DNA of 64,000 bases from an uncultured Chloroflexia bacterium (GTDB lineage: Bacteria; Chloroflexota; Chloroflexia; Thermomicrobiales; UBA6265). The DNA lies in contig CAWKIA010000025.1 in the NCBI GenBank assembly GCA_963849635.1, positions 196,194-260,193 of the forward strand, written 5' to 3'. Positions 1-10,806 of the stretch are shown here, in pieces; within the stretch, counting starts at the first letter, position 1, and each line of letters starts with the position of its first letter. The position numbers were made by a program, and so were the translations under genes. The notes below the pieces were generated by a model. It was not told the DNA's origin and searched no databases. It saw only the letters and a list, made by a program, of their open reading frames with translations.

Positions 1-374
1 TGGAAGTGATGGCCGCGATGGGCGCCGCGCCAAAGCGACTGGTCGCGGTCGGCGGCGGCGCGAAAAACCGACTGTGGCTCCAGATCGTTTCGGATGCCGG
101 CAATGTCCCTCAGGTGATCCCGGAGCGAACGATCGGCGCCGCCTATGGCGACGCCTTTCTCGCCGGTCTGGGCAGCGGCATCATTCCCAACCTCGATGCC
201 TTAGAACGGGACTGGGTCTCGATCGCTGAGATCCTGGAACCGCGGCCGGAGATCACCGCGGCATACCTGCCCTACATCGAGATATCCCGGGCACTGTACG
301 AGCAGACGAAGGACCAGATGCACACGCTCGCCCATCTCGGACAGCGACCACGGTCGCCTGCCGGAGCTGGTTAA
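1..374 (+). CDS. FGGY-family carbohydrate kinase, C-terminal fragment (partial, runs off the window start)
   Basis: ORF 6..374 translates to VAVGGGAKNRLWLQIVSDAGNVPQVIPERTIGAAYGDAFLAGLG, the conserved C-terminal FGGY kinase region. No upstream start lies inside the window. Confidence 0.75.
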   Translation, partial: EVMAAMGAAPKRLVAVGGGAKNRLWLQIVSDAGNVPQVIPERTIGAAYGDAFLAGLGSGIIPNLDALERDWVSIAEILEPRPEITAAYLPYIEISRALYEQTKDQMHTLAHLGQRPRSPAGAG

Positions 375-539
375 GCAGCCTCCCTGCCCAGGATTACGGA
401 GATGCCGGCCGCGCGAGATATATTTTGGCTTGCCAGTGTGCCTCTGAGGGCATTGCCTTTGACCGCGCCGCGGTGTAGGGTGGTGGATGGAATGCACAAT
501 CAGGTCCAAGGTCGTTGGGCCAGTGGAGGGGACAATCTG

Positions 540-1376
540 ATGGATCTCGACGAGCAGATGCAGACAACCGGCCTGAACCGGCGGCGCCTCCTGCGAGGAT
601 TGGCCGCGGCGGGGTTCGCGGTTCCCGCGCTCGCCACGTTGCGAGTCGCCGCGCAGGACTCCGGCAGCGATTCGACTGGCGGCGACGCCACCGAGGACGT
701 GACCGGTGGTGACAACACCGGCGGCACCGGTACCGGCGGCTCTGGTGGCGCCGGCGGTTCAACCGGCGGCAGTGGCACCGGCGGCGACGCGTCCGGCGGC
801 GGCGCCACGACCGGCAATACCTCCGGCGGCAACACCGCTGGCGGCGGTCATCAGGCCGGCAGCGGCGGCAGCGCCACCGGCGGCGATAGCTACGCCGGCG
901 CCGGCATCGGCGGCGATGCCGGCACGGCAACCGGCGGCGACGCGACCGGTGGTGTCGGCGGAACCGGTGGCGTTGGTGGCTCCGGTGGTAACTCGTCGAG
1001 CGGTAGCGCCTCCGGTAGCGCCGGCGGCGGCTCCTCCAGCGGCAGCGAGACTGTCGGCGGTGGCGCAACCAGCGTCTCGGCCGCGGGCGACGGAACCGAA
1101 ACCCCATCGAATGCCAGCAACGCGCCGGGCTCCGGCGTGGTACCGGATTCCGGTTTCAGTATCGGTGGCAACACGACGACCGTAACGGCAGCCGGTGGCG
1201 CCGGGGGCAGCGTCTCCGTGCCGACCCCGGGCGGCCTATTCAGTGCATCCGGCGGTTCCTCCCTAAGCGAACTCGTTTCCGCCGCGACAGGCGGCGACAC
1301 CGGTACCGGCGTGATCACCCGATCCAACATCTTCTCTGGATCGTCACGCCGTTCCTACTGGAACCGCCGCCGTTAG
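540..1376 (+). CDS. Tat-signal secreted Gly/Ser/Thr-rich low-complexity protein
   Basis: GGAGG at 524-528 precedes ATG 540. The N-terminus MDLDEQMQTTGLNRRRLLRGLAAAGFAVPALATLRVAA has a twin-arginine motif plus a hydrophobic stretch ending in A-x-A. About 250 aa of GGDATGG/GGSGG-type repeats follow. The antisense ORFs here (394..1107, 500..835) are Arg/Pro-rich nonsense. Confidence 0.6.
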   Translation: MDLDEQMQTTGLNRRRLLRGLAAAGFAVPALATLRVAAQDSGSDSTGGDATEDVTGGDNTGGTGTGGSGGAGGSTGGSGTGGDASGGGATTGNTSGGNTAGGGHQAGSGGSATGGDSYAGAGIGGDAGTATGGDATGGVGGTGGVGGSGGNSSSGSASGSAGGGSSSGSETVGGGATSVSAAGDGTETPSNASNAPGSGVVPDSGFSIGGNTTTVTAAGGAGGSVSVPTPGGLFSASGGSSLSELVSAATGGDTGTGVITRSNIFSGSSRRSYWNRRR

Positions 1377-1483
1377 GTCCAATCGCCCCAACGCACACGA
1401 GCACGAGGCCCTCCCACCAGGGAAGGCTTCGTGCTGCGTGAAGTCAGCCAGCGTCAACGTATTATTCGTTAACGGCTGGCGTA

Positions 1484-1512
1484 TTGACAGCGCCCCCCAC
1501 CTGCCCTAGGCT
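1484..1512 (+). promoter_or_regulatory. Putative sigma70-type promoter (TTGACA, 17-bp spacer, TAGGCT)
   Basis: TTGACA at 1484-1489, a 17-bp spacer, then TAGGCT at 1507-1512. Confidence 0.4.
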
Positions 1513-1685
1513 GGTTGGCGTCGGTCATCTTGATTTCACGGAGCATCGAATGCCTCAAGCCTTCTGCCCAATCAATCGCTCTACGCGAATGCGGGCCCTG
1601 CTTGGGGAGAAGTGCGTCCGAACGACGAGATGGAGAATGCCTCGCTAGGTCAGACAGGCATCAAATCCATCGATCGTCGGACGCT

Positions 1686-1713
1686 CCCCAGGCACCACGC
1701 CTGGGGTTTTTTG
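1686..1713 (+). terminator. Rho-independent terminator-like hairpin (CCCCAGGC-ACCAC-GCCTGGGG followed by TTTTTTG)
   Basis: Perfect 8-bp GC stem, 5-nt loop, and a T6 run. It lies about 190 nt downstream of the putative promoter at 1484 and 125 nt upstream of the ABC ATPase start. Confidence 0.6.
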
Positions 1714-1838
1714 TTGCCGCTTCGCCCCTCCGCCACGCTTGCAAGGTCTGACCCGAAGGCGATCGGTGGAGATCTGATATCGAATCCCGCGGCGCGTCGT
1801 ACTCCGGCGTGCCAGCTTGCGGACAAGGAGAGGACGCG

Positions 1839-2660
1839 ATGCTATCTGAGTTTGCGCTCGAACTCGACCGAGTCGAAAAGCGCTTCAAGAAGAAGAAGAA
1901 CGAGTACGTCAACGCGCTCAACTCGATCTCGCTCACAGTCCGTCGCGGTGAGGTCGTGGGCATCCTCGGTCCGAACGGCAGCGGTAAGAGCACGCTGGTG
2001 CGGATCATCTCGACCCTGATCCTGCCCGACGCGGGCGATGTCCGCGTCTTCGGCGTCGACGCCGTTGCCCACCCCAAGGTCGTGCAACGCTCGATGAACC
2101 GGGTCAGCGTCGAGGCGAGCTTCTTCAAAAAGCTCTCCGCGATCGAGAACCTGCTCTACGGTGCCATGCTCTACGGCGTCACCAATTCTGAGGCCCGTCC
2201 CAAGATCAAGGCGATCTTGGAGAGCATCGGATTCGACTACAGCCGCGCCAACGAGCCGATGGAGCACCTCTCCCGCGGCATGCAGCAGAAGATCGCCCTC
2301 GCCCGGGCGCTGCTGACGTCGCCGATGCTAATGCTCCTGGATGAGCCGACGACCGGCCTCGATCCCCGCTCGAAGAAGGATGTCCAGGGATTTATCAACG
2401 CGATCCGCGATCAGCACAATGCCTCGATCCTCCTCTGCACCCACGACATGGGCGAGGCCGAAGAGCTGTGCGACCGCGTCGGGATCATGATGAACGGCAA
2501 CATCATCGAGATGGATACGGCCTTCAACCTGAAGCGTCGCTACCAGTCCGATGGTCATCTGCCCAGCCTGGAAGAGGTCTTTATGGCAGCGACCGGCTCC
2601 TCCCTGGAGGAGGCCGATGACCGCGTTCTCCGTGAAGAAGAGAAAGTAGGGGTGAGCTGA
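1839..2660 (+). CDS. ABC transporter ATP-binding protein
   Basis: Walker A GPNGSGKST, ABC signature LSRGMQQKIALARAL, Walker B LLDEPTTGLD. RBS GGAGAGGA precedes ATG 1839. Confidence 0.9.
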   Translation: MLSEFALELDRVEKRFKKKKNEYVNALNSISLTVRRGEVVGILGPNGSGKSTLVRIISTLILPDAGDVRVFGVDAVAHPKVVQRSMNRVSVEASFFKKLSAIENLLYGAMLYGVTNSEARPKIKAILESIGFDYSRANEPMEHLSRGMQQKIALARALLTSPMLMLLDEPTTGLDPRSKKDVQGFINAIRDQHNASILLCTHDMGEAEELCDRVGIMMNGNIIEMDTAFNLKRRYQSDGHLPSLEEVFMAATGSSLEEADDRVLREEEKVGVS

Positions 2661-3538
2661 TGCAACTTGCGCCAACACCGCCCGCGGGCGGCCTGGCGAC
2701 CTCGACCAAGGCGCGGTGGCTGACCGAGCTCATCGCAGCCTGGGGCTATGCCCAACGGAACTACTACCTGACCAAGCGCTACTTCTGGTGGGAGCTGGTC
2801 TGGCTGGCCTACACGATTGCCAACGCGATGAGCATTGGCTTCATCGGCGCGGGCGCTGCCCAGGTCGCCACCAATGGGAACCAGGTCGATACGGCCAAAC
2901 TGACCACGTTCCTGCTGATCGGCGCGCTCCTATGGAGCTACCTCTCGATGCTCTTTGACATTCTGTCGGAGACGGTGAGTTGGGAGCGCTGGGAGGGGAC
3001 GATCGAGTACACCTTCATGGCTCCGGCCAGCCGCGCGACCCACCTGCTCGGCACGAGCGTCTACGCGGTCGCCTACGGTATCGCGCGGACCGTGATCATG
3101 CTCGGCGTGATCTCGCTATTCTTCGACCTCGAACTGAAGAACGCCAACTACATCGGCGCCTTCTCGATTCTGGCGATCTGCTCGATCTCCCTGGTCGGCT
3201 TCGGCATGGTGGCGGCGGTCATGCCACTGCTCTCGCCGGAGAAGGGCCAGCAGGTGACGTTCATCTTTGGCTCATTCCTGCTGCTCGTCTCGGGGGTCTA
3301 CTACAGCATCGACGTCCTACCGGGGTGGATGCAGGTACTGGCGCGGATCTCGCCGGTCTACTACGCCTTGCGCGGGATGCGGGCGACCCTGACTGAGGGC
3401 GCCAGCTTCTCCTCGCGCTGGAACGACATCTGGCCACTCCTGATCATGGGCTCGGTCTGCATTCCCCTCGGCGTCTGGATCTTCCAGCTCGGCGAAAACT
3501 TCGCCAAGCGAACGGGCCGCCTGAAGCGCAGCGGTTAG
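2660..3538 (+). CDS. ABC-2 type transporter permease
   Basis: 292-aa polytopic membrane protein. Its ATG overlaps the stop of the ATPase gene (ATGA, translational coupling). About six hydrophobic helices, typical ABC-2 permease architecture. Confidence 0.8.
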   Translation: MQLAPTPPAGGLATSTKARWLTELIAAWGYAQRNYYLTKRYFWWELVWLAYTIANAMSIGFIGAGAAQVATNGNQVDTAKLTTFLLIGALLWSYLSMLFDILSETVSWERWEGTIEYTFMAPASRATHLLGTSVYAVAYGIARTVIMLGVISLFFDLELKNANYIGAFSILAICSISLVGFGMVAAVMPLLSPEKGQQVTFIFGSFLLLVSGVYYSIDVLPGWMQVLARISPVYYALRGMRATLTEGASFSSRWNDIWPLLIMGSVCIPLGVWIFQLGENFAKRTGRLKRSG

Positions 3539-3544
3539 TCACGC

Positions 3545-3575
3545 GGGACCGGACGGCAGCGTGCCGTCCGGCCCA
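3545..3575. terminator. Bidirectional GC hairpin between convergent permease and manA genes
   Basis: GGGACCGGACGGC-agcgt-GCCGTCCGGCCC inverted repeat. Confidence 0.4.
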
Positions 3576-3591
3576 CGGTTCAGATCAGTCT

Positions 3592-4689
3592 CTATGCGAA
3601 CGCGGCGCTCGGCACCTCGCCGAGCGCCGCGATCTCGTCGTCGGAGTGGCCCGCTTCGCGAAGCGGTTGGACGATGTCAGTGCGCAGATCCGGGACATAG
3701 CAGGCAATCAGCGCGGTTGCGTTGTCCGGAACGATGGTGAATTCACCCAATGCCGCCGGAATGATGCATGACTCAGCCTGACCCAACGTTGTCACGCCGC
3801 CGTTGAAGGCGATGCTGACCATCGGACCGAGGTTGGATAACGTCAGGCATTTACCGATTGGGGCTGTATGCCGATACGGAGCGACCAGCGACCAACGCTC
3901 AAGAGCGAAGTGCGGGCCAGCTGCGCCGACGGAAAACCGGTTTCCATTCTCGGCATGATTGGTCTTCTTCAATCCACCGTTTGGCTTCGGCAGATAGTCC
4001 GACTTCAGTTCCGCCAGGGTGGACGCGATGTTCTGATCCCACTCGTCGTCCGGCAGGCGGTTGCCCGCTAGATCGGTCGGCATGACGGATTGGTTCAGAT
4101 CCGAGGTCTGCTGGATCTCAAAAATCAGCGTGTCTGGTCCGAACGAATGCAAGATGCCTCCCGGTACGTAGACGGTATCGCCGGAATGGATCGGATAACG
4201 CGGCATCACCCGATCGTAGTCTTGCGCCTTGAATGCTGCAGTCAACTCCTCTGGTGTCACGCCTGACTTGATGCCTGCCAAAATCGTTGCATCGTCCGCG
4301 CACCAGAGGATATGCCAGGCTTCGGTCTTTCCGTGGGGAGCATCGTGCAATCGACGGGCAGTCTCATCGTCGGCATGCAGATGGACCGGGAGCATATGGG
4401 AGGCGTCGAGGAACTTAGCGAGCAACGGAAAATGAAGTCCGCTTCCACCAACTCCAACCACCTCTTCTGGATGCGCCCGGATCAACTCATGAAGATGATG
4501 CCCAGCATGTGGACCCTCAACGATCGTCCCTGACGTGTGCGCGTAGTCGCTGATCTCCCAGGTCTCGGCCACGATCCCTTCGGGCGTACCTCGTTTACCG
4601 AGCATCTCGGGGATGAGTCTGGCGCCGAAGGCGTAGTTTCGGACGTGGTACGTCACCTTGATCGGCTGCCAGTTCACCGCCTCACCCAC
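3592..4689 (-). CDS. manA: Mannose-6-phosphate isomerase, class I
   Basis: FPLLAKFLDA...LPVHLHADDE and GKTEAWHILW match the type I PMI (Bacillus ManA) motifs FPLLTKxLDA...VHPDD and KTExWYIL. The N-terminal RLIPEMLG region is also conserved. Confidence 0.8.
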   Translation of the reverse strand: MGEAVNWQPIKVTYHVRNYAFGARLIPEMLGKRGTPEGIVAETWEISDYAHTSGTIVEGPHAGHHLHELIRAHPEEVVGVGGSGLHFPLLAKFLDASHMLPVHLHADDETARRLHDAPHGKTEAWHILWCADDATILAGIKSGVTPEELTAAFKAQDYDRVMPRYPIHSGDTVYVPGGILHSFGPDTLIFEIQQTSDLNQSVMPTDLAGNRLPDDEWDQNIASTLAELKSDYLPKPNGGLKKTNHAENGNRFSVGAAGPHFALERWSLVAPYRHTAPIGKCLTLSNLGPMVSIAFNGGVTTLGQAESCIIPAALGEFTIVPDNATALIACYVPDLRTDIVQPLREAGHSDDEIAALGEVPSAAFA

Positions 4690-4811
4690 CGCGTTTCCCC
4701 TTTTTCACCGGCGCACCCTGGCGCCGCTCCCGCTAGAATGCCGGATCTTCGGACTTCGAGCTGACCTGCCATCGCTGAGGCGGCAGGGAGTGATTCTAGT
4801 GGAGTGGCGCG

Positions 4812-6249
4812 ATGCAGCGCAGGGTCGTGTTAGGCGTCGACTCCGGCACCCAATCTACCAAGGTTGTGGCGTTGGACATCGACCGCATGGAGATCGCCGG
4901 CGAAGGACGTGCTTCCCACACCGGAGGCACGACCCAACACCCGCACGAGTGGTGGGATGCCCTCGTCGCAGCCGTTCGTGCGGCGGTCAGACCGGAGATG
5001 GAAGTCGCGGCGATTTCTGTTGGCGGGCAGCAGCACGGCCTCGTCACGCTCGACCGTAGCGGAGAGATCGTGCGGCCCGCATCGTTGTGGAACAATGTCG
5101 ACGCCGCCCCGGACGCCGAGCGGCTGAACGAGATGGCGGATTTTGCCAGCGAGGTAGGCTCCCGCCTGGTGGCCTCGTTCACGATCGCCAAGCTCGCCCA
5201 CCTTGCCCGCATCGATCCCAAAGCCATGGAGCGGACGGCGTCAGTTTGTCTGCCCCATGACTGGCTGACCTACCGCCTTACAGGCGAACTTGCTACCGAC
5301 CGCGGCGATGCCTCTGGATCCGGCTGGTGGTCACCGGCGACCGGTGAAGTCCGACGGGATCTCCTGGCGCTCGCGGTCGGTCCGGAGAAAGCGGAGACGC
5401 TCAACGTCCCTTCGGTATGCAGTCCGGATCAACCTGCCGGCTTGCTGACCCCCACGGCCGCCGACAGCACTCAACCTGCCGGCGGGCATTCCGGTCGGTC
5501 CGGGAACCGGCGATAACATGGCCGCCGCGTTAGGCATCGGCGCGACTGATGCCGAACTTGTCATCAGCCTGGGGACGAGCGGCACCGCCTATGCCGTCAG
5601 CAACCATCCAACATGCGATCCCTCTGGGGCGGTCTGCGGCTTCGCCGACGCGACCGGGCGCTTCCTGCCTCTGGCCTGCATGATCAACTGCACCCGGGTC
5701 GTCGATATCATCGCCCGGATGTTCGGGATCGATCCGCGTACGACTCTCGACCGGCTCGAAGGCATCGAACCTGGAGCTGGAGGCCTGGTCATGCTCCCTT
5801 ACCTTGGGGGCGAGCGCACGCCGAATCTACCCAACGCAACCGGATCACTCCTTGGCCTGACCGAATCCAATGCGGCGCCGGACCTCGTCGTCCGGGCTGC
5901 CCTGGACGGAGTCGCGGCGGGACTCGCCTATTGCCAGGAGGCACTCGCCGATCTGGGAGTTCGCAAAGATCGGGTAACGCTCGTGGGTGGCGGCAGTGCC
6001 CACCCAACCTGGCAACAGGCGATCGCCGACGCCACCGGCCTGCCGGTAACGGTCCGCGGCGGCGGAGAGCACGCCGCCAGGGGAGCCGCCATTCAGGCGG
6101 CGGCAATTGCTCAGGGGGTCGCTGTCCGGGATCTGGCTGAATCATCACGACCGGGCGTATTGGCCGAGCGCGAACCACGGCCCGAAATGCGCGCATCGTT
6201 CCGTCTCGATGAGAGGCGCGAACTGATTGCCGAACTGGCGGGACGCTAA
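4812..6249 (+). CDS. xylB: Xylulokinase-like FGGY kinase, interrupted by a frameshift near 5462-5472
   Basis: ORF 4812..5516 (frame 0) carries the FGGY N-domain: VLGVDSGTQSTKVVALD...GGQQHGLVTLD. ORF 5518..6249 (frame 1) carries the C-domain: GDNMAAALG...LVGGGSAHPTWQQAIADATGLPV. In frame 1 the upstream sequence reads NLPAGIPVGPGTGDN, so it is one gene with a 1-nt indel. Confidence 0.85.
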
Positions 6250-6340
6250 CGCGATTCGCAAGATGACCAACATTGCGCCTGCCGCCCGGGGCTCACGGCC
6301 CGGGCGACCCCTAAATGTTTCCCCACATCCGACGGAAAAC

Positions 6341-6390
6341 GCGGCGGCCCTCGCATTTCCGCGAAGGCCGCCGCGTCTCGTTATTGTTTC
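6341..6390. terminator. Bidirectional rho-independent terminator between convergent xylB and clpB
   Basis: 14-bp GC stem GCGGCGGCCCTCGC / GCGAAGGCCGCCGC with loop ATTTCC, followed by the T-rich GTCTCGTTATTGTTTC. Confidence 0.6.
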
Positions 6391-6395
6391 TGAAC

Positions 6396-9007
<2,612 letters not shown>

Positions 9008-9036
9008 CTTGAGTCACCACCTTCCGGACTCAGTGC
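9008..9036 (-). promoter_or_regulatory. HAIR-like inverted repeat (HspR operator candidate) abutting the clpB start codon and enclosing its RBS
   Basis: On the minus strand: ACTGAGT-CCGGAAGGTGGTG-ACTCAAG-ATG. The arms resemble the HAIR consensus CTTGAGT-N7-ACTCAAG, but the spacer is 13 nt and contains the Shine-Dalgarno sequence GGAAGGTGG. Confidence 0.45.
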
Positions 9037-9135
9037 CGGAGAGCGTTCGCGCCCGTGAGCGCGTGCGTCAAAGCACCGCCGCGATCACTCGCGAGCGGGC
9101 CATATCGTCGAACGTCGTGGTTGGAAGCTAGCCAG

Positions 9136-9579
9136 CTAGTCGAACGATTGGGCGGATGAACCGACCCCGGCCGCTCGCTCGGAGCGGCCCCGGCGAACCT
9201 CGGCTTCGTCAACGAAGCCAAGCATCGCCAGCAGTCGCTCCATCTCGCGGCTCATTTCGATGCCGGCGTCGGTATCAGGTTGGGTACCGTTTTCGGTGTG
9301 ACCGCCGGACGCCAGCCTGGATCGAACGTCGCGCAGCCGGTGCGTGAGTTCAAGCGCGAGTTGCACGCCGGCCAGGTTGAGCCCACGCTCTTCGACCAGA
9401 TACTTCACCTGGCGAAGCCGCTCGATATCCCGATCGGAATAGAGCCTTAGATTTCCCGTCGTGCGCGACGGCGCGATCAGACCCTCACGCTCGTACTTCC
9501 GCAGCGTTTGGGGATGCATCTCGACCAACCGGGCCGCGACGCTGATCACGAACAGTGGTTCGCTGTACCGCGCAGGCAT
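9136..9579 (-). CDS. hspR: MerR-family heat-shock repressor HspR
   Basis: YSEPLFVISVAARLVEMHPQTLRKYEREGLIAPSRTTGNLRLYSDRDIERLRQVKYLVEERGLNLAGVQLALEL is an HspR-type MerR HTH. RBS GGAGG lies 7 nt upstream of the Met at 9579. The ORF extends to 9645, but that extension has no RBS. The gene is immediately upstream of clpB on the same strand. Confidence 0.8.
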   Translation of the reverse strand: MPARYSEPLFVISVAARLVEMHPQTLRKYEREGLIAPSRTTGNLRLYSDRDIERLRQVKYLVEERGLNLAGVQLALELTHRLRDVRSRLASGGHTENGTQPDTDAGIEMSREMERLLAMLGFVDEAEVRRGRSERAAGVGSSAQSFD

Positions 9580-9609
9580 GCGCTCGCCTCCCATGACTAA
9601 CTGTAGCGA

Positions 9610-9638
9610 AGTATAAACATTGATACGATTCGTGTCAA
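9610..9638 (-). promoter_or_regulatory. hspR promoter (TTGACA, 17-bp spacer, TATACT) overlapped by an inverted repeat TTGACACG-AAT-CGTATCAA
   Basis: The minus strand reads TTGACACGAATCGTATCAATGTTTATACT. The 8-bp arms of the inverted repeat cover the -35 box and the spacer, which suggests an autoregulatory operator. Confidence 0.5.
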
Positions 9639-9743
9639 CATACATCCGTCACACTAAGCCGCAAACAAGCGTCCACCATCGACCGTTCAGGTCGGATAGG
9701 ATTGCCACAGCGTGGCGCCGAGCGATGCAGGAGGGCCGGGTCG

Positions 9744-10421
9744 ATGCTCATCTACGCCCATCGGGGCTCGTCGGGAACCGAACCAGAAAATACGATCCGC
9801 GCGTTCCGCCAGGCTATTGCCGACGGCGCAGGCGGGGTGGAACTCGATGTTCACCTGAGCAGCGACGGCGTACCGGTCGTGATCCACGACCGGGATGTCT
9901 CCCGCACAACCAACGGCCGGGGCAACATCGACGAACTCAATCTAGGCACGATCAAGGGCCTCGACGCCGGCAATGGCGAGCGGGTCCCCACGTTGACTGA
10001 GGTGTTACATCTGGTCGCGGGCAAGCTCAAGCTCTATGTAGAGGTCAAGCAGGCCGGAATCGCGCAAACGGTCATTGACGTCCTTGAGGGATATCCCCAT
10101 GCGGAATGGCTGATCGCCTCGTTTGATCTCGATACCTTGCGGCAGGCCCGCTCAATCTCAGCTACCGCCGAACTCTGGCCGATTTCCGTCATGCTGACGG
10201 ATGAGGTACTCACCTGCGCCACCGAGGTCCGGGCAACGGCAGTGTCGTTGCATTCGATCGGGGCAACGGCGGACGTCGCCGAGCAGCTTTCGGCGGCCGG
10301 ACTCGGGATGGCGGTTTGGACGATCAACGATGTCGCCGAGGCGAACCGAGTTCGGCAACTAGGCGCGGTCGGGCTATGCACAGATGTCCCAGCGACGATC
10401 GTGCCGGCTCTGTCGCTGTAG
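9744..10421 (+). CDS. Glycerophosphodiester phosphodiesterase (GDPD family)
   Basis: MLIYAHRGSSGTEPENTIRAFRQAIADGAGGVELDVHLSSDGVPVVIHD carries the HR(G) and E-x-D-V-x-x-T GDPD motifs. RBS GGAGG lies 9 nt upstream of ATG 9744. Confidence 0.85.
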   Translation: MLIYAHRGSSGTEPENTIRAFRQAIADGAGGVELDVHLSSDGVPVVIHDRDVSRTTNGRGNIDELNLGTIKGLDAGNGERVPTLTEVLHLVAGKLKLYVEVKQAGIAQTVIDVLEGYPHAEWLIASFDLDTLRQARSISATAELWPISVMLTDEVLTCATEVRATAVSLHSIGATADVAEQLSAAGLGMAVWTINDVAEANRVRQLGAVGLCTDVPATIVPALSL

Positions 10422-10802
10422 AGAGGCAGGAGCGGGACGGGGCCGACCGGGACTGGCGGCGTGGGCAGCCCCTCCAAGGCGTTCCGGGGTTTTATACGCC
10501 ACCCCAGCACTTTCGTTCGTCGGCTCTATCCTCATCGATTTCGCCCCGCGCAGGTCGACCCAGATGCGTCCGCTCGTCTCGCTGACGCGGGCGACGACGC
10601 CGTCGCACGAGGCACAGCGAACGACGGCGCCCATCGCCATGCCGTAGACGGGATGGGCGCCGAGCATGCCTTCGGCGCCGCATCCGGCGCAGATGATCCA
10701 GGCCGTAGTCAGGTCGAACCGAAAGCAATCCGCGAGCAGCCCGGCGGCCGCATTGCCATCCAGGCGTTGGGAATCGTCGGCGCGTGGGTCTGTACTCGCC
10801 AC
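10374..10802 (-). CDS. Small conserved zinc-ribbon protein (CxxC...CxxC)
   Basis: Core LDGNAAAGLLADCFRFDLTTAWIICAGCGAEGMLGAHPVYGMAMGAVVRCASCDGVVARV has two CxxC pairs. GTG start at 10802 is preceded by GGAGGG, and it lies 5 bp after the stop of the upstream FNR-like gene. Confidence 0.55.
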   Translation of the reverse strand: MASTDPRADDSQRLDGNAAAGLLADCFRFDLTTAWIICAGCGAEGMLGAHPVYGMAMGAVVRCASCDGVVARVSETSGRIWVDLRGAKSMRIEPTNESAGVAYKTPERLGGAAHAASPGRPRPAPASLQRQSRHDRRWDICA

Positions 10803-10806
10803 GTCA

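Noticed and set aside
394-1107. 237-aa minus-strand ORF rich in Arg/Cys/His (RRRRYRRRYR...)
   Set aside because: Antisense to the Gly-rich repeat gene: GGC/GCC repeats read as Arg/Pro on the other strand. No protein-like composition.
1612-2019. 135-aa ORF overlapping the ABC ATPase start in another frame
   Set aside because: Out of frame with a gene that has clear Walker motifs. The 5' part lies in the putative leader/terminator region.
9030-9135. Short direct repeat AGCTAGCCAGCTAGT between clpB and hspR
   Set aside because: Too short and isolated to interpret; probably chance.
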